Positions 1-12,341 of a stretch of 55,923 nt of DNA are shown here, in pieces. The stretch is from Perkinsus olseni (taxonomy: Eukaryota). The stretch is from positions 1-55,923 of the forward strand of contig JABANN010000182.1 in NCBI GenBank assembly GCA_013115125.1. Direction: 5' to 3'. The position numbers and the translations under genes are program-made. The notes below the pieces were generated by a model. That model saw only the letters and a program-made list of their open reading frames with translations. It was not told the origin of the DNA and did no database searches. Each line of letters starts with the position of its first letter. The first letter of the stretch is position 1.

Positions 1-87
1 CCCATCCTTCTTCCTCCCATCCTTCTTCCTCCCATCCTTCTTCCTCCCATCCTTCTTCCTCCCATCCTTCTTCCTCCCATCCTTCTT
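1..87. repeat. 15-bp tandem repeat (CCCATCCTTCTTCCT) x ~6
   Basis: Directly visible perfect tandem copies at the window start; may be coding on the minus strand or an assembly-edge artefact. Confidence 0.9.
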
Positions 88-89
88 CT

Positions 90-1070
90 TTAGACCTCCT
101 TGGTCATCATCGGCTATGACAATTGCCCCGTCATTAGACGACGCCTACACGACACACGCTAATACATACAGTAGCACGGGAAGGTACTACCTCTGCTGCT
201 GCTGCTGCTCCTGCTGCTGCCTTTCCTTCTTCTTTCCTTGATTCGTCATTCTGTTGTAATAACCCTTTCTCCTTGCCGAGGTCCGGAGGCCTGTCGGGTA
301 ATGGAGGGCCAGGGGCAGCAGGAGGAGGAGGAGGACGAGTCTCCTCATCCTTCGCCACGGTAGAGTCGATCAGTCGCTGTGCGTCCTTGACAAAGAAGGA
401 TGGTGTTTAGTAAAAATGATGTTCTTGACCATGCCTTACCAGGCTCTCATATATTTTATCATCTACACTGGCATACGGTGTCTGACGATGATGATACAAT
501 AATACAATAACGGCAGTATAATAGTAGTAGTGGGATATTACCGATTGGGTGGCGGTCCTCCTCCTCCTCCTACGTCTCCCCGGGCTGCGGCTATCGGTCA
601 TCCTCCTTTCCACGCTACTGTCATCTATCTCATTGTCTTCAACCTCCCCAGTAGTATGAGTTCCATGTCTCAGATTAATGTGATCATACGCAGATGCTGA
701 TCCGTCCCCTCCCATTAGTGATATAGACTCCGAGACCTAAAAGGAGTCGGACAATGCCCAGTAGTCACACTTAAGGAGAGATCATCATAGTCATCATCAC
801 AGCGTTTCTCCTTGTTCTTGTACTACCGTTAAGATATATGTATTGGTGGAAGTAGGGAGATTGGTAATACCTTGATAGTCCATAATAATATTGAGAGTGA
901 TTGGATCGTACAATATACTGTATCAGCCCTGCCCTTCCCTACGAATAGCGCAGGGGCATTGTTGTGGTGGATAGCACTAAATGGAAGATGTAACAACTTA
1001 GGCTGATCCTGGATGTCGATAATAACTAACTCCCCCGTTAGCTAAGATAAATATTTACCGATGCTGCTGC

Positions 1071-1109
<39 letters not shown>

Positions 1110-3350
1110 GGGTGTGATGTATGATGATCGGGCACCACCACCACCACCACTAGCACCACCACCACCACCACCATGATTGATGATGGTATAAAAACCGATG
1201 GGTATCCTCTGAGGGGGGCTTACAGCAGGGAAAGCTATCTTTCGACTAGTCTTCTTGTTACTCTTCTTCTTTCGCTGTTCTACCGTAGTTGTAACCTCCC
1301 ATAGACCTTGATGATGCATCACCGTCAACGGCAGCGATGAGGTGATTGTGACATATCTCAGACTTGTGAAGCTGGCAAGTGATGGTATTGAACTTGTCGT
1401 AGGCCCATCACCACTGAAGGGGGTGTACTCCTGTTTTAGTCTACATCGGGGATAAGGGTTGAGCTTCAATAGCTTCTCTTGCTTTTTATCCTTACCTCCT
1501 GTTAAATGATCTCGAGTGTTCATTAAAGTGTATATACAGTAATCTGCTGTATTTGATACGAACTTGACATGGGAAATATCGATCCAGTACATCCATATAT
1601 TGCCACTCGCAACCACACCATCATCATCATCATCATCACCATGATGATGATAATCATTCTTATGAGAGTGTCTACTGTCATCCTCTGCATGATGAGTAGG
1701 GTTAGGGGTAACGCCATCATAACGCCAAAGGCCCCTTCTAAGGGGCATATCATTCATGTCATAAAGGGCAACAAGAACAGTCGGCATATGCCCCTCCTCC
1801 ACCTCGTGTTGCTTACCATCTCCCTGCAGTCTAGAAAGGCATTGTTGGGGTATCTCTACTGTAGTAGACCAACAGCAGCAGCAGCAGCACTACGAGTACC
1901 GTCATCGTCGTCATACAGTGTGAGGGTACTTTGTGGACTAAGAACTTCGGGGGGAGGCTTACCCAATGCTAGTAGGCTTTGTTGGGGTATACTCTCTCCT
2001 TGTTGTTGGTTGTTGATGATGATGGGTGATGCGGGGGCGCTATGCTCAATATTCCACACCATAGAGAAGCCTGGTTTTCGTGCATGGATCTTGGTATCAT
2101 ATACAATACAGCGTGATGATGCTGATGATGTTGTATTAACATTATTATACACAGCTGCGGAGATGGAGAGGTTAGGATGATCGCTACCCTCCCTCTCTGG
2201 TGGACTTGATGTTCCCTTCTCCTCATCATTGTTGGCATATCTTGATATAAAGTATACAGGATAACCATTAACTTCACCTTGTAAGTATACATCCCTCCTA
2301 GGCAATACCCTCATACCCTCTGATAACCATGACCATCCCCCACCATGATGATGCACATCATCATCACTACCACTTCCATCATCATCAGTAGATCTAGTAC
2401 AGGCGAGCGGATCGAATGCACAACTTCTTGCATTCCTCCCACCGTTCAGTGATGATGATGTCGCTCGAGTGGTGATGGCCCTCCTGATGAGATTGTATCG
2501 AACGGTTTTAAGGAATTTAATAGTCCTGGCGGCCTCGTCCTTAGTCGGTGCCTGGTCTATGATATCCTTCTCAACTCTCTTGTTGATGTTGAATTTAATC
2601 CAGTCGTTTTCGTTATCATGATTTTTCTTATGTGTATCTTTAAAATGATAGGTTACACCTTGATACATAGCGATAACATCAGTATTACTACTACTGCTCT
2701 CGTCTAACCTCTTTATCCACACACCAGTCCTATCACCAAAATATTTACCGACATGTGCTTCATAGTCCAAGTGCCCATCATACGACTCACGTAGTCTATC
2801 ATCATCGTCATCATCATCGTCACCAACCCGCAGTAACGGTTGAACAGCGGTCGCAGTGACTGTCGTCAAGATGAGGTTCGACGTAGCCACTACCACTAAT
2901 GGTATGACGGTTGTGGATGGTATGGTATAATAATACTTGGGTAGATTATTATGATGCTGGAATAGTACCAACACCATCATGAGAGTATTGAATAACCCCA
3001 TGATGAAGCGATTGCCGATAGGTTTGTGACGATCGAAATGATAAGAGACATGAAGCTGGGTAGTAGATGCGGGGTGGTTGCTGGACACATCTCGTGCACC
3101 CCCTCCCTCTGGTCGAGTTGGATCCTTGTTGGAGGGTGGCATAGAACGGAAGAAGGGTGTCTTGTGGACTGTAGAAGGGAGGTTATACAACAGACCTACA
3201 GATGCGTGAGGGTATGCTTAGCACTGTAGACTATCATTAACCACACAAAAGAGGACACAGGCTGATAGACAACATCATAATAGTAATCGACAACAACAGC
3301 GAGGGGAACATGACCATGGTCAGAGGGATACTCCGACCAATGGACGTCAT
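90..3350 (-). CDS. Multi-exon hypothetical (probably secreted) protein(s), lineage-specific
   Basis: Long ORFs 1856-3190, 1038-1802, 407-715 and 134-358 are separated by GT..AG gaps. Hydrophobic N-terminus MTSIGRSIPLTMVMFPSLLLSITIMM at 3350. No recognisable domain; could be two genes. Confidence 0.5.
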
Positions 3351-3529
3351 AGTAGTAGTAGTTGATACTGTGAATGGCTGGTCATAATAATACTTGCCGC
3401 TATCCACCTTATGATGGTGTTGATGGTTGAGGATGCCTAATGATTTCTGCTGGTACCTCGTAATCATTAGTAAAGGGTTTGTCGACCTTACGGCTCCCCT
3501 CAGCACCTGCTGATTGATGATAGTGTGAG

Positions 3530-5885
3530 TGAGGGCTACCCCAGTCTCATAACCTCGTCTTACCTGTCCAAGGAAGTGCGGCTGTCATTGTACTATCATC
3601 GTCAGCCTCCTTCCCCTTCCTCGGATGATGATGAGCCCGCTGCTGCTGTTGCTGCTGAATGGAGCATCACCATGGCGATCATCCATGAGGAGGAGGAGGA
3701 GCAGCAGCCCAACTCACATGGTTATCGTTGAGTCGGGAATAAGGACATAACCATCATCTGCCGACGACCATCCCTCTGCCCTCTTGGTATCATGCTCATC
3801 ATCCTAACAACAACAACACGCAGGATGACGATAGTAGTAGTGATAGGAGGATAAGGGGAAGCAAAGGATGATGGAGAGGCGGACGACGGTGGGCAAGAGT
3901 ATAGCATCTACATGACTAGGGAAGTAGTGATAGCATAGTGATAATAAGCACAACATAGCCACTCACCTGCTTCATATCATCATCCTCGACCCTCGCTTCA
4001 CCATCATCATAATCATTTGCTGTTAAGCTTGGCCTAACCTAATGATCACCACAGGTTTCTCATGTTGTTATGCTGATCATTACGTGTACTCACCTCTGTC
4101 GATGAGGATGCCTCCAGTACGATATCAAACCGTGAGTCGTATGATGATGATGTTACGAGATCGATGTCCAATATAGCTTTCCCTTCTTCATTATCATACC
4201 AGAATATCATCTTAGAACCATGATCAAAGTAAGATATCCTTGTTAACATAGATTGTGTTAAGAATGACCATCTCTTATTGACATACTTCCCACCCTTCTT
4301 GCGAGCGATATAGAGTTGAGATAATAGAGGAGTCCGACTCCCTACATGCAGGGTAATGTTTTTATTATCATTAATACGTGACTTGTACACACGAGCAAGG
4401 GGAGGAGGAGGATCCGCAGGAGAGTTACCATCACCAACAAGATCCTCACCATAATTCTCTGATATCACCACCGTCGCCTCAGTAACACCAATCACCAAAC
4501 TCTCATCACTTCTATCAGTATCATCGCCATCATTGGTTGTATCATTTGCCAGCGGCATAATGACCTTGATGGGGGTAAAATCGATTAGTGTGTCAGATTG
4601 TCCTCGAGTTGTAGAAGTATCTTTCTCTTCGTTACATACCAGCTTCAGTTTCATAAGATATTCACGTAATGCTGTATCTCCTCCAACTTCGGTCGATGAT
4701 ACTGATGCTATTCTATAAACATGTCTCTCATCATGATCATCAGATATACGGACTAATTCCCCTCGCGCCGATTGAGTGCCAGTAAGCCTATCATGATAGA
4801 TGAACTTTATACCTCTCATCCCAGTGAGATAGAACCATACCGCCTCACCATCACCACCACCACCACCATCACCACCACCACCATCACCAGCATCAGCACT
4901 AGCATCAGCACTAGCATCAACACTAGCAGCATCACTACTCATAGGAGATGAGTGTAACCCTGCTGTTGTGTAGAACTTGTACAACGTAGGTTTGGTTATT
5001 GATTGAGCAGGCACCAGTATTACAGTACTTCCCCCACATTTGGGATCAAACTTTGATATAATCGTTAATTGCTGGTGCTTGCTGCTTGTCTTCATCCTCT
5101 TCTCTCCATCATCAATGAAAGCATCTTTGTTATATAACGGTGTGATTTTTATCCGCCGTCTAACGTTTTTATCATCATACCCAACTTCTGGAGTTGTTAA
5201 AGTAATACTATCGGATGGCCAATCAACAGTACCAGTAAGTGTTGAGGGGTGACAACTAGTGAATGACCAGATTGTGAGTTTAACCCTATTATCGCCATAC
5301 TTGGTAAAGTACGCTGCAACATATGCCTTATCAGAATCACCAATATAATATTCCCTTGGATCAGGTAAGCCACCTAACCCTACCTCTGCGATACTCATTG
5401 AGGTCTTTAATATACTACCCTACTAGCTGGGAGGGTGGGCTAGGCCATGGCTCGCGTCGGGCAGGAGGGGATATTAGGGGTATCTTAGCCATGAATGCAC
5501 GACTTACTCTAGGTGATATCAAACTCCATGGTTCTTTACCCGTATACAGGATACATGGTCTTCCGATAATGCCAAGCGTTCTACAAGGTCTCAGGTGATT
5601 GGCTAAGTATATGGTAAAATTATTAGACGCCTCTTCACGACATTGATACCCTCCTCTCATCGTTTTATCATCCTTAACACTAACGGTATACCCATCCAAA
5701 AGTAGGAATGATATCATCTCATTCTTCATTCTCTTATATGGCTCCGTCACTGTTGTCGCTGTTATGATGGGTTTAACTTGTACATACCCATTAGAGCCAA
5801 GAAATGCCCCTCCGTCAACGACGTATGCTGTGTCACTCCAGTCTGTAGGGTCACAGAGCAAGGATGTCAAACAACTCTCCACCCG

Positions 5886-5937
<52 letters not shown>

Positions 5938-6152
5938 CTGGTAGGTGCAGGAGTAAGAGGTGGTTCTTGGTCACTTGGGAGATGAATAATGTTGTCCGCG
6001 TGCGGTGAGCGCCCAGTAGTAGCAGTAGCAGCAGCCTTAGTAGATGTAGCATATACATTAGACGATGGTGGTGATGATGATGTTGCGATGGGAGTGAGAA
6101 TGAGTAGAGTAAGAATGGTAGGCATCCATAGAAGCATCATCATCATCATCAT
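3530..6152 (-). CDS. Multi-exon hypothetical secreted protein with poly-Asp tract
   Basis: Signal-peptide-like MMMMMMLLWMPTILTLLILTPIATS. ORFs 5415-6152 and 4046-5398 are joined by a short intron-like gap. 3' exons approximate. Confidence 0.55.
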
Positions 6153-6329
6153 GCTACTCGTGCTGTTGTAATAACGATGATGTACTAAGGACTCAGCGGA
6201 ATAGCACGGATTGACAAGAACACAAGTATGACGATAATAATAATGATATTAGTAATAGTAGAAACAGCAGAAGTTGATGATGAGTAATGATGATGATGAT
6301 GCTTGGTGATATAACATACTTAGTTCATT

Positions 6330-7764
6330 GCTCATTTTTTGAATTATTTTTTGCTATCCTTCTTACGTCTTTTCTTCTCTTTCTTCTTATTTTTATCCGC
6401 TGTCGTTTTCCTTTTCCTCTTCTTGTCCTTCACCGTACCTCCATCATCATTTCTCGTGCTGCTTTCTTCTTGTCTTCTCCATTCAACCTGTGTACCACTC
6501 ATCAATACAACCATCGTAAGTCTATTGTCACGATACTACATCAGTTAGTCTAGTAGCACCAGCAGTACTGCCATAATCATCATCATCCAGTAAGACGCTG
6601 ACGGTTCTAATGAGGTTCCGCCTGCAGGAAGGATGACGATGATGGTTGTGATATTGCCGCTATCTAGTGCCTCCTGGTTACATCTCCGATTCACTGCGAT
6701 GGTGATGATGATGATGCCTCTTCGAACTACTCTTATGCTTCTTACTGCTGCTTCTACTCTTCTTACTCCGTTTGCTACGTTTACTACTATAACTACCAGC
6801 AGCATCAGCATCGTCAACATCATAATAATCTGCAGTTTGGTCCAGTGGATCAGGCAGTCTGTTATCTGATACACATCCTCATCGTCATCAAGACATTATG
6901 AATATTATCATACTACTTATTATATGTTGCGATGTTGACCCAGGTATAGGAGCAGTATTGAGCATATCTTTATGGCTAGCAACCTGTACCAAGAATAGTT
7001 AGTATCATAGTTGATGATGATGATGACAAGTAGTAGTAGCAGTACTACCAATTGAAGACATTTCTGAGTTATCTGTTGCGAATCTTCAGCAGCAGTAGTT
7101 GGATCAGCAGTTATGCGATGAACAACATCAAAGTCCATCAATGGATGTTCTTCTCGATGTTGTTGCTGATTGTTGTTGTTGTTGTTGTTGTTATTGAATA
7201 TGCGGGGTTCGCCATCTAGACCAGATATCATCGGCCTAGGTGTTAGTAGATGGCTCAAGGCTCTGAAAACATACAACCACCAATGATCAGAATAACGAAA
7301 GTGATGGTATCATCATTATAAGGACCACCTGAAGGCATCTTGTGCACTCATATCAACACATGTAGGTCCCTTTGTAGTAGCTGGTGTATCATCATCTGCA
7401 TGATGAGCGCGCCCTTCTTCTTCCTCTTCTTCTTCTTGTCGATGTTGTAGCCTATTATACTTGTCCACTACACTACCCATGATGCTAGCACCAACAACCT
7501 GATAACAACAATACACATGGCGGCAAACACCACCACCAGCAGCAGCAACAGCAACAGCAGCATATTCCTCACCAGACTGAGCTCTCTAAAATCAGCGGCA
7601 GTGAGGGCTAGATGCAGATCACGTTCAATATTATGTATTATTGTTGTATCAGGCGCCACAGCAGCAGCAGCAGCCGCGAGAAGAGAATCCTCTTTGTGTA
7701 ATGATGGTGCGTCTGCTCCTCCTCCCCCTACCACTGCCGCTGTCGATAGTGTGACATCAGCCAT
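6330..7764 (-). CDS. Hypothetical protein with Lys/Arg/Ser- and His-rich C-terminus (probably nuclear)
   Basis: Exon fragments MADVTLSTAA..., MSAQDAFR..., SKRSKRSKKSRSSSKKHKSSSKRHHHHHHRS and KDKKRKRKTTADKNKKKKEKRRKK, separated by microsatellite-filled GT-AG introns. Confidence 0.45.
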
Positions 7765-8017
7765 GAGATGGACGCAATTATTGAGGATGACAACTCTGAT
7801 AATGATGACGATGATAATAGCATTGAAATGAAGTCAAGCCTCTATGATAATCGTTCAGAAGTCTGATATCATCAAGAAACGGGGGAAACCATTGTTCTGG
7901 AAGGAGGGTAGGAGAGAAGGGTAAGGTGGTAATAGTGTTCTCTACTAATTGCTTCTCTTGCACAGTAGATAGACGACAACATTAACATCAACATGTTGGT
8001 AATGATGATGATGATGA

Positions 8018-8876
8018 TCAATACTGCTCTGCTCGACTGCGAAGGGCTCTACTAAACTTCTCCAGCTCTGGCACAGTCATCTCTTTAAAATAAACCAAAC
8101 CTTTAGTTGCCCTTATCAAAGCACTGGTATGTTCTTGAAACCATCTTCTACCAAGACATACTTTCAGATTCTTGTACTGTTCAACTTGTATACGCGCTGC
8201 CAGCTTCGAGAAGGGACCTTAACAATATCATCATCATCAACTACTGCTGCTACTACTACTGATGATGATGATGATGGAAGTGGTGAGATTACCATCAAGT
8301 TCATAACTCGGGAATTCAGCGGAGGTTTGGCTTTCGAAGTTGGTCATGAACATTCTATCCAAACTACCCAATGACGATAATGATGACGGCACTATATGAG
8401 TAACCTCACTAGTGTCAAAACGGTACCTAGTATTGACGATAATGATGATGCTGGGGTATAATGAGTATGTTACCTACCAGACATTTCTATAACCCCAAAC
8501 CTTGATAGGTTTATCCGGTCTTGTTCTTTGATACACCTTCAATGCTTCAGTTACAGCTTGCAGTACCTTAAGTAACAAGAGCGATGATGATGATGATGGT
8601 GATGGTGATAATGATGACCTTATAGTGGGTATCAGGACCGGAGGCCTCTGGATCGAATGCAACAGTAACTATATCAGGCTGTGTCCCTACACAGAGGACT
8701 GATGATGACTATTGATAATGATAATGATGTTAAGATGCCGTACTTAGTAGGACATGAATCACAGGTTTAGAATCTCTTTCTAGCGTTGGGTCCGGTGTAA
8801 ATATATCAGAGGTATAGAATCCCAACCTCATGTGGGCAACATGTGATGGTAACCAACCGAGACTACCCCATGCACC

Positions 8877-8916
<40 letters not shown>

Positions 8917-8944
8917 ACCAATGTAGACAATTCTGATGGCGAGA

Positions 8945-8987
<43 letters not shown>

Positions 8988-10867
8988 GGAGGAGGAGGAG
9001 GAGCAGCTCACATTCCGACTCAAACTCCCTGCAACTTCCCTTCAAGATTTGGACATCTCTTGTATCAGCTTGACCAGGATATCTAGAATCACCATAGGTC
9101 ATTCTTGATGTTGATCGTAGCGTACGTGCGAGTTAGATATTACACTGTATTGAGGTAGTCATCGAGGTGGTGTAATTTATCTTCAACTTGCCCATGAAGA
9201 TCACGAGAATGCGATAATCCGTAGATCTCGATAATATTACGAATAAACCTGTTATTGATATAATAACAGTGATAATGATGAAAAGTAACAACACTACCCC
9301 TAGCGTCGTCCTACTCTTACCTCCTCGCACTCCCCTCTGCCTTCTCATTCTCATCTTTAGCTGCAACACCATCAAGGTATTGCCATACATCTCGAGATCT
9401 GGTAAGCTGATAATGTTCTCGTGCAGGGTCGGTAGTCGTAGTAGTAACAGCAGGAGGAGGAGGAGGAGTGTTAATATCAACAAAGTTTGCCGATGATGTC
9501 ATGGCTGGAGATGTGAGACCATCATCGTCACCATCATACGGTTTGGGTAGGAAATATCTGAGGAGATTATTACGACTAATGAGCATGCTATCCTCTTCTC
9601 GCCCTTACCCCTCCCCCACCAGTTTTGCGAATGAGTTTGTGGAGATAAACTTCTCAGCACGAGCTATCATATGACCTGTATACGACATTGAAGATGATGA
9701 TACAGATGATGATTGTTGGATGTTGTTGGACGAGTTATTATTACGGATATGATAATTAGATACGCTATTAAAGCCAGAGGTAGCACAGATAAAGTAATGC
9801 TTGTTTGATGTTGGTCTGGTCTGACGTATAACGCTTGGTAGATATCTGCAGATAACAACAACAGCAGCAGCAGCGTTATTATCATCATGATAGTTCTGTT
9901 ATTATTCCTACTACCCAAGCATGATATCATCATGATGGGGCTCAGTATGCAAGAAAGTTGTATCATGGATGGTCTCAGTACCCCTACCTATCTTGGACAC
10001 TAAACGATCTGTTATCATACTACCTAATAACCAGGAGGGAAGATAACAAACTCACTAGTGATGACAAGTGTAACATTACAAGCATGATGGAAGTCATCCT
10101 CATCACCCCAACCCATACGATCAATGAGGACTTTTCCTACAGGATCATTCGTAACATCAACTACGCTGAGATCTACCAGTCTCTTATCTAACGTTAGAAA
10201 GCATGATATTTGGTAAGAACACGTATGGCTTACGCGACTTGACAGCTACATCAACCAGAATGTTTTCAATATCCTCAATACCAACATTAGGTGCCTTTTC
10301 CAACTACAAATGAGGACGAGAGGTATAGCTAGACTACTTCTACTCATCATAACAATACATCTATGATCTTCCTTTGTGTTAACATTTTAGCTGCACCCCT
10401 TGTTATATAGAAAGCAGCATTAGGTAATACACGTATAGCATGACTGGGATACCTAGTAATAATACGAGTAATGATACTGGAGCAGCATAGCCATGACCTT
10501 ACATAACATTGGTATCCTTCTGTATACCATCAGCAACCATGGAAGCCTTGGCCTCGCCAGCCGCTATAATTATACATACACAATTGGGATTATACGTAAT
10601 AGTACCCAAACCTGCTGCTCATCATACCGTTGTTGTGTTGTTGTTGTTGTTGTTGTTGTAAGGCTGTTGTGAGTATTACCAATAGTAACAGCACACTTTG
10701 CCTTAACAGCTCGGATGCCACCGAGATCACCAGAGGCAGCAGCTTGGGTCTCGTAGTTGAGTTGAGCTAACCTTGTCGTGCTCCTATGATCACTACCACG
10801 GATATTGAATGCGATATGTCCATCCGGGCCGATGCCTCCAAGGAAAAACCCAATACCTTACCACACC

Positions 10868-10905
<38 letters not shown>

Positions 10906-12022
10906 GTATAAGCACACTACTACTACAGGCATTATCATAACTACCACACTCTCTCGACTTACCTCCTAATTCACGTATCTTAGACTCGTATTGAAGACAC
11001 CATTGATCAACTTGCCGTATCATATCTTGTTGACGTACTTCTAATGGTGTATTAGGAGTACGCAAACGTAATGATAAATCAACAAACCTTGAGATATGGT
11101 AGCAGGAGTGATGGTAGAAGCGTGGATTGGATACTCTTACGTTCCATCCGGCCATATATCATCCAGACTCTCATTTGGTCTCAATCCTAGTTTGGATAGA
11201 TCAATAAATAAACATCTATCAGGGTTGAATCCAAGACCCTCAATATAATAATTACTCACCTACTCCATACGCTTGATGATCATGGTTGTTGTTGTTGTTA
11301 TCACTATATTACATAATATTTAAAACTGTTATGATGCTCCGGATTCATCGGGTAGAACTCATCCAGCATAACAAACCACAACTTGTCGAATCGTGGAGGG
11401 GGTATACTACCATCCATACCATACAAACGACGATCATCTGCAGTTCGTGAAGATGACCAACAGAATAATAATAATATGTACCCTTCTACCTTTAATGGCA
11501 GGAGTATCCCATTCATTAACAATCCTCTGTGTCCATTTAATAAAATATTCAGGGGTCTTCCCAGTAGGCAACGCACACACACCTTCGGGGTTGCCTATTA
11601 CCTACATCAACATTGGCCTCCAAGATGATAATAGTACCACAACTTACCCATTCAATAAACCTGTATGCAACAACCTTCCCTAGTAATGGGAATGAGTCTA
11701 CAATAAAGGTCCTGGTCTTCTCCATTAGGCTGTACATGTCCTTGGTGTAGATTGATTTATCCAACAGAGCCTCCTCCACCGATGACGGTGATGATGATGA
11801 CGCTACCTTAACGTTGATGTTATCATTCAACATCATCATAATAGTGGTAATACTGTAATAAACTAAAATAAATACACAGGTGATGATACATAGGAGACGG
11901 ATGAGCAACATGAGCACTGTAGAACTTCTCACCGCTCGAAATATCCACTGGAATTGTTGAATCATCACACTTTACAGGGCTAGCGAGAGTTGATTCAACG
12001 CGATGTCATTCTCGCTCGCCAT
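8018..12022 (-). CDS. nagB: Glucosamine-6-phosphate deaminase (NagB-like) fused to a C-terminal PIG-L/LmbE-type deacetylase-like domain
   Basis: Spliced translation gives ALPTGKTPEYFIKW, MLDEFYPMNPEHHNSF, GGIGPDGHIAFN, TIGLGTI, AAGEAKA, then HTEPHHDDIMLG, DPEASGPDTHYK, WGYRNVW, FESQTSAEFPSYELDGPFS, ending AEQY-stop at 8018. The start position is uncertain. Confidence 0.85.
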
Positions 12023-12341
12023 AAACACGCATATCATCGCCTGTTGTTGTTGCTACAGGTCACCACGGTGAAGTTGAGGTGAGAGTATTGAGTTACTACC
12101 ACTCAACAACACAAGCTGATTTATTGTGGTATTACCAACATACGTACTCACACGATGATGCTTCGATGATGATGTTAGAATGCAGCAATGAGGATTAGCC
12201 GTAGTTGAAGTCCAATAAAAAAATCAAATGAAACTGGTGGATAAGAAAAATGAAATAATGAATGACGAATTACTACAACTTAGAACTTAGAAAACTACTA
12301 CTACTACTACTACTACTACTACTGGTGGTAGTGAAAATGAG

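Noticed and set aside
1-87. 15-bp tandem repeat as a functional array
   Set aside because: Perfect copies at the sequence edge; cannot be distinguished from an assembly artefact or a simple coding repeat.
5764-6058. Poly-Ile, poly-Met and poly-Ser ORFs (also 8730-9108, 17112-17381)
   Set aside because: Translations of trinucleotide microsatellites in non-coding frames or introns.
11212-11260. Weak T-loop-like matches (GGGTTGAATCC at 11222; also 27672 and 54271-54285)
   Set aside because: They deviate from the B-box consensus or lack the spacing features, so they were not counted in the family.
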